Translations under genes and position numbers: made by a program
Notes under the pieces: model-generated
What the model saw: the letters and a program-made list of their open reading frames with translations, nothing else
What the model was told of the DNA's origin: nothing
The model's database searches: none
Shown: positions 30,114 to 32,000 of the stretch, piece by piece
Position numbering within the stretch: the first letter of the stretch is position 1
How the letters are laid out: each line of letters opens with the position of its first letter
Assembly: GCF_000009605.1 (NCBI RefSeq)
Contig: NC_002528.1
Span: 570,001 to 602,000, forward strand
Direction: 5' to 3'
Origin: Buchnera aphidicola str. APS (Acyrthosiphon pisum)
Lineage (GTDB): Bacteria; Pseudomonadota; Gammaproteobacteria; Enterobacterales; Enterobacteriaceae
Length of the DNA stretch: 32,000 nt

Positions 30114-31330
30114 TCTCTTCCTATTTTCTTAAGATCGCTTCGAATAGAATTAATACGGCGTTGTTCTGAAATGTTATCAGGAGATAAAAAAGGAAAATAA
30201 TTAGTATTTTTTACTTTTTTATTAAAAGGAGAATGATTTTTATTAATTTTTATATGATCTTTAAAATTTTTATTAGGTATTTTTATTTTAGAAAAAAAAT
30301 TGTCTAAAGAGAAAAAAAACATTGGGTTATTATTTGTATCAATAAATATTTTTTTATTTTTTCTTAATAATCTCTCCATAGACTCTATATAAAGACGTTT
30401 TAATGTTATTTTTTTAGCTATTCTATACTCAGGTAAGATTTTAGAAAAACGAGCTACTTCTCCTTGAGCTTGTAGAATTATACGTGATGAATATGATTTA
30501 GCTTCTTCTAAAATTCTTTGTGCTTTGCCATTAGCTTTAGGTTTAACTTCATTTGAGTACGCTTCAGCTTCTCTTACATATTGCTCACGATTTTCACGTG
30601 CTGCAATTGCATCATCAAACGCAGCCTTTACTTCTTCAGGTGGTCTTGCTGTTTGAAAATTGACATCTAATATTGTAATTCCCATTTTATATGGTTTAAT
30701 TGTGTTTTCAATTTCTTTTTGAGTATCACTTCGTACTAAAGTACGACCTTCTGTTAGTACTCGATCCATAGTTGAATGACCAATTACACCTCTTAATGCA
30801 CTATCTGTTGCTTGACGCAAGCTATCATCTGGATAACAAACGGAAAAAAGATAATCAGCAGGATTAGTTATTTTATATTGTACATTCATCTCAACACGTA
30901 CTACATTTTCATCAGCAGTTAACATGATACCTGACGTAGCTAATTCACGGACAGTTTCAACATTTACAGGTTTAACTTCATTAAAAAAAACAGGTCTCCA
31001 ATTTAATCCTGGTTGTACTAAATGACTGAATTTACCGAAACTAGTAACAACGCCACGTTCAGCTTCTGTAATAGTATAAAAACCACTAACACCCCAAATA
31101 AAAAAACTTATAAATATTATTATTGAAAAGGGATAGGTTATTTTTTTTGATGAATTTGAAGAATCAGTTTTTTTAGTAATAATATTTTTAAGATTATATA
31201 AAAAGTTTTTTATATCTAATACAGTAGTTTTTTTTTCATGTTTGTTATCTGAACAGTTTTTACTTTTACTGTCCTTATTCCCCCACGGATCAAAATCAGG
31301 TTTATTATTATTTGGTTTATTCCAAACCAT
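30110..31330 (-). CDS. hflK: FtsH protease modulator HflK
   Basis: Part of ORF 30110..31342. Homology starts at MVWNKPNNN (E. coli MAWNQPGNN). A GAGG SD sequence lies inside the 4 extra upstream codons. An SPFH domain is present (EAERGVVTSFGKFSHLVQPGLNW...). Confidence 0.93.
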   Translation of the reverse strand: MVWNKPNNNKPDFDPWGNKDSKSKNCSDNKHEKKTTVLDIKNFLYNLKNIITKKTDSSNSSKKITYPFSIIIFISFFIWGVSGFYTITEAERGVVTSFGKFSHLVQPGLNWRPVFFNEVKPVNVETVRELATSGIMLTADENVVRVEMNVQYKITNPADYLFSVCYPDDSLRQATDSALRGVIGHSTMDRVLTEGRTLVRSDTQKEIENTIKPYKMGITILDVNFQTARPPEEVKAAFDDAIAARENREQYVREAEAYSNEVKPKANGKAQRILEEAKSYSSRIILQAQGEVARFSKILPEYRIAKKITLKRLYIESMERLLRKNKKIFIDTNNNPMFFFSLDNFFSKIKIPNKNFKDHIKINKNHSPFNKKVKNTNYFPFLSPDNISEQRRINSIRSDLKKIGRE

Positions 31331-31486
31331 CGTGTACCTCATTTATTAGTTTTTTTACTAAAACAAATTTTAAAATAATTTAAAAGTTATATTTTTTTAT
31401 CATTAGATCTGAAAAAAGATATAATTAAAATAAAACATCTTATACTTTTATAAGTAAAAATAAATTTTTTATAAATATGATAATAT

Positions 31487-32000
31487 TTATACAGAAAAAT
31501 CGTTCTTTTCAAGTACATCTAATACTTTTTTTGCTAAAATAGTAGAAGTAGAATGGTATTCTATTTTGTTAATATTTTTCCAGTTTTTTAACCATGTCAA
31601 TTGATGTTTAGCAAGTTTTCTCGTAGCATGTATTATCTTATTGAACATATCTTTATAACTATTTTTATATTCAAGATATTCCCACATTTGACGATATCCT
31701 ATACATCGAATAGATGGTAAATTTTTATGTAAATCTCCTCTTAAAAATAATATTTCGACTTCTTTTTGAAAACCTAACATCAACATTTTTTTTATGCGAA
31801 GTTCAATTTTATTGTTTAACCATTCTTTATTCGGAGGTATAATTGCAAATTGAAAAATATTATATGGTAATTTATAGTTATTCTTTTTTTTTAATTCTGT
31901 TAAACTTTTTCCAGAAAGATAAAAAATTTCTAGAGCTCTTATTAACCTTTGAAAATCATTTTTATGAATTCGACTCGCAGAGATGGGATCTATTAATTTT
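31487..32000 (-). CDS. miaA: tRNA dimethylallyltransferase MiaA (3' portion; the 5' end lies beyond the window)
   Basis: The track ORF starts at Met 31786, but the frame stays open to the window edge. My hand translation upstream reads ...RIHKNDFQRLIRALEIFYLSGKSLTEL...LPYNIFQFAIIPPNKEWLNNKIELRIKKMLMLGFQKEVEILFLRGDLHKNLPSIRCIGYRQMW. This is collinear with the E. coli MiaA C-terminal half. Confidence 0.9.
   Translation of the reverse strand, partial: KLIDPISASRIHKNDFQRLIRALEIFYLSGKSLTELKKKNNYKLPYNIFQFAIIPPNKEWLNNKIELRIKKMLMLGFQKEVEILFLRGDLHKNLPSIRCIGYRQMWEYLEYKNSYKDMFNKIIHATRKLAKHQLTWLKNWKNINKIEYHSTSTILAKKVLDVLEKNDFSV

Overview
This window is very AT-rich and densely packed with housekeeping genes. 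It looks like a reduced gammaproteobacterial endosymbiont genome. Every long ORF translates to a recognisable enterobacterial core protein. The order is trpS-rpe-aroB-aroK / tRNA-Ser / deoD-deoB-prfC-nfuA-ssb / dnaB-gshB-ruvX-yggS-hemW / trmB / mutY-yggX-murI / sbcB / yeeX / tRNA-Asn / tRNA-Ile2 / pyrE / dut-cysQ-rplI-rpsR-rpsF-rnr-purA-hflC-hflK-miaA. I recall this arrangement from Buchnera aphidicola, possibly the pea-aphid (APS-like) lineage; that assignment is inference from gene order and composition, not a database hit. I found 30 protein genes (one truncated by the window edge) and 3 tRNAs. I found no rRNA, CRISPR array, transposase, integrase, phage, toxin-antitoxin or defence-type gene, and no convincing novel multi-gene system. 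The main findings are about genome decay. (1) yggS and sbcB are each split by a frameshift exactly at a homopolymer run (A10 and T7/A7), and murI may be a third case. In each, adding one nucleotide restores a frame that aligns without gaps to my recollection of the E. coli protein. This fits either slippage-rescued genes, early pseudogenes, or homopolymer sequencing undercalls. (2) Five long ORF-free spacers (883, 500, 1098, 612 and 669 bp) cluster between 1.8 and 12.1 kb. They sit where conserved neighbours such as damX-dam are missing. (3) Other conserved operon members (gph, priB, hfq-hflX, nsrR) are deleted cleanly. (4) Five convergent junctions are too tight (overlap to 17 nt) to hold a terminator. 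Start codons of several track ORFs were moved to internal Mets where homology begins.
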